From Candidatus Tenderia sp. (lineage in GTDB: Bacteria > Pseudomonadota > Gammaproteobacteria > Tenderiales > Tenderiaceae), in assembly GCA_031416075.1 (NCBI GenBank), contig JANOSY010000054.1, positions 1 through 63,681 on the forward strand: a stretch of 63,681 nt of DNA, read 5' to 3'. A program made the position numbers and the translations under genes. The stretch's first letter is position 1. Every line of letters begins with the position of its first letter. Below are positions 62,073 through 63,681 of the stretch, piece by piece. A model generated the notes under the pieces. It saw nothing but the letters and a program-made list of their open reading frames with translations, was not told where the DNA came from and ran no database searches.

Positions 62073-62882
62073 ATGACCAAGCTATTCTCCATCACTGATC
62101 TTGCCATCACCGTTGTCGAACCCTCATCGACACAGTGGCGCTTTATCCAGAAACAGTTTGAGGAGATGGGTGTTACACATACGGATTGTTTCAAAAGCGC
62201 CCAGGAGGCACTGAATGATATGCGTCAGTTTCAACCTGACCTTGTCATCAGCGCCATGCACCTGCCCGACATGACAGGCACCGATCTGGTCCGCGCCATG
62301 CGCGAAGACAGCCTGCTTGAAGCTATCCCCTTCATGATAATCTCCAGCGAAGAGTCCGACTACTATCTGGAGCCCATTCGGCAAGCGGGGGTGATTGCCA
62401 TCTTGCCCAAACCCTTCAATTGTGCTGACTTAAAACGGGCACTCTACGCCACGCTGGATCTAATCAAACCAGGCACGGAGGGGCTGGAAAACATCAATTT
62501 GGAGGACCTTAAGGTGCTTGTAGTTGATGACAGCAGTACTGCTCGAAAACATATCAGTCGTGTTCTCAACAATCTGGGCATTGAAGCGTTAACATTCGCC
62601 ACCAACGGGCGTGAGGCGGTTGAGATTCTCGATGCGCAATTTTTTGATCTGATTATCACCGACTACAATATGCCAGAGATGGATGGCAAAGCGCTCACCA
62701 AACACGTGCGCGAACAGAGTTCACAACGCTCCATCCCTATTCTTATGGTCACCAGTGAAGCCAACCACAGCCATCTGGCCGGGGTGACACAAGCGGGTGT
62801 TTCCGCCATCTGCGACAAACCCTTTGAACCGGCTCAGGTAAAACAGTTAATCATCAATATCCTCAGCGCCGCCCAACCCTAA
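62073..62882 (+). CDS. Tandem receiver-domain response regulator (pseudo-REC + REC)
   Basis: REC1 VVEPS...ISAMHLPDMTG...KPF; REC2 VVDDS...TDYNMPEMDG...KPF. Confidence 0.88.
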   Translation: MTKLFSITDLAITVVEPSSTQWRFIQKQFEEMGVTHTDCFKSAQEALNDMRQFQPDLVISAMHLPDMTGTDLVRAMREDSLLEAIPFMIISSEESDYYLEPIRQAGVIAILPKPFNCADLKRALYATLDLIKPGTEGLENINLEDLKVLVVDDSSTARKHISRVLNNLGIEALTFATNGREAVEILDAQFFDLIITDYNMPEMDGKALTKHVREQSSQRSIPILMVTSEANHSHLAGVTQAGVSAICDKPFEPAQVKQLIINILSAAQP

Positions 62883-63346
62883 CGGCCGCTGCCAGACGCT
62901 GTTTCTGAAAAGCGCCCCCTGATCGCTGCCACTCTGTCACGATTGGCACCAAAGTCCGAGCGCCCTACCCGCGATGCCGAACGAATCTGAAAGCGCTGTT
63001 GATCTGGCTCCATCAGCAGCTCCACATCATCCACATACCCAAACAACGGTGTAGTAAAGGTGGCCCAGAGATAGTTATCCGTATGTTGCTGCACCGCTCC
63101 ATCTACCACCATCAGGGTCTGGTGCATATCAGCCCACCCCTCAGCAGCGGTGCCTTTAAAAGAGATAGCAGCAATGCCTGATGCTGCATCAGCGCTATTC
63201 ACACAGTTGCTGCTCAACTTGCAGGCAGCAAGCTGGCCATTGACCAGACCAAGCTTAGGCACATTTTTGGATTGATGGGCCAAAAACAGAAACCAGATGA
63301 GCATCGACACCGCAACAATACCAATCAACATAAGCAACCACTTCAT
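62879..63346 (-). CDS. DUF1499-family protein
   Basis: N-terminal TM, C-x-x-x-x-NCV-x-S, FGYVDDVE, RSASRVG-x-SD-x-G-x-N-x-x-R. Confidence 0.85.
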   Translation of the reverse strand: MKWLLMLIGIVAVSMLIWFLFLAHQSKNVPKLGLVNGQLAACKLSSNCVNSADAASGIAAISFKGTAAEGWADMHQTLMVVDGAVQQHTDNYLWATFTTPLFGYVDDVELLMEPDQQRFQIRSASRVGRSDFGANRDRVAAIRGRFSETASGSGR

Positions 63347-63617
63347 CACAGGACCTCCATTTAGATATAGAGCAACAGTTACAGTTTCACTGCAGCATAG
63401 TGGTCTATGCGGTTAATTATGTAACGAGTTTTTTTCACGCTCCGCCGAAGCCAAAAGAGATATACGCATTTACGCATCATATATAGAAACACTATTAATT
63501 ACCTCAGTGATCCCCTCATTTTTCAATATACCGCTGATTACCGTAATTTTTTTCAGCCCATTGATTTCATGCGCGAACATGATCATTCTTGCGCTTCATT
63601 TATCGAGAAGGCAAATC

Positions 63618-63681
63618 ATGAAGAAGCGGAGTATTGGGCGAATAGAAGATGTTCATTCCTTTCTTGATGATATTCTTCAAG
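63618..63681 (+). CDS. Possible 5' fragment of a gene running off the window
   Basis: GAGAAGG then ATG; open to the window end (MKKRSIGRIEDVHSFLDDILQ). Confidence 0.3.
   Translation, partial: MKKRSIGRIEDVHSFLDDILQ

Overview
Chromosomal segment of a gammaproteobacterium, almost entirely on the minus strand. From the right-hand end: DUF1499 and a tandem-REC regulator; maf preceded by a two-subunit pyruvate carboxylase pair (plus strand); the conserved yceD-rpmF-plsX-fabHDG-acpP-fabF-pabB-pabC-mltG-tmk-holB-pilZ-tatD block; mtnA-gyrA-serC-pheA-(class I-beta DAHP synthase)-tyrA-aroA-cmk-rpsA-ihfB-lapA-pyrF-comEA, with hisC and lapB absent from their usual positions; then a ~25 kb ABC-transporter-dependent surface polysaccharide locus (manC, rmlBDAC, wzm-wzt, variable transferases, WbpV/WbpL/WbpM-like genes, galU); an RND pump pair; and tandem IS200/REP-like hairpins at the window edge. 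The two most interesting items lie in the polysaccharide locus. (1) A methyltransferase / heptad-quantised coiled coil / glycan-phosphoribosyltransferase fusion lacking a phosphatase sits beside a complete HAD+gPRT ribofuranosyltransferase, suggesting a ruler/terminator architecture I do not recognise. (2) An inserted seven-gene module (two GT2s, FAD oxidoreductase, YxxxR SDR, TIM-barrel epimerase, ArnE/F-like flippase, GT-C transferase) looks like an Arn/Gtr-style lipid-carrier glycosylation system for an unidentified sugar. All calls are by motif recognition by eye; no database search was run.
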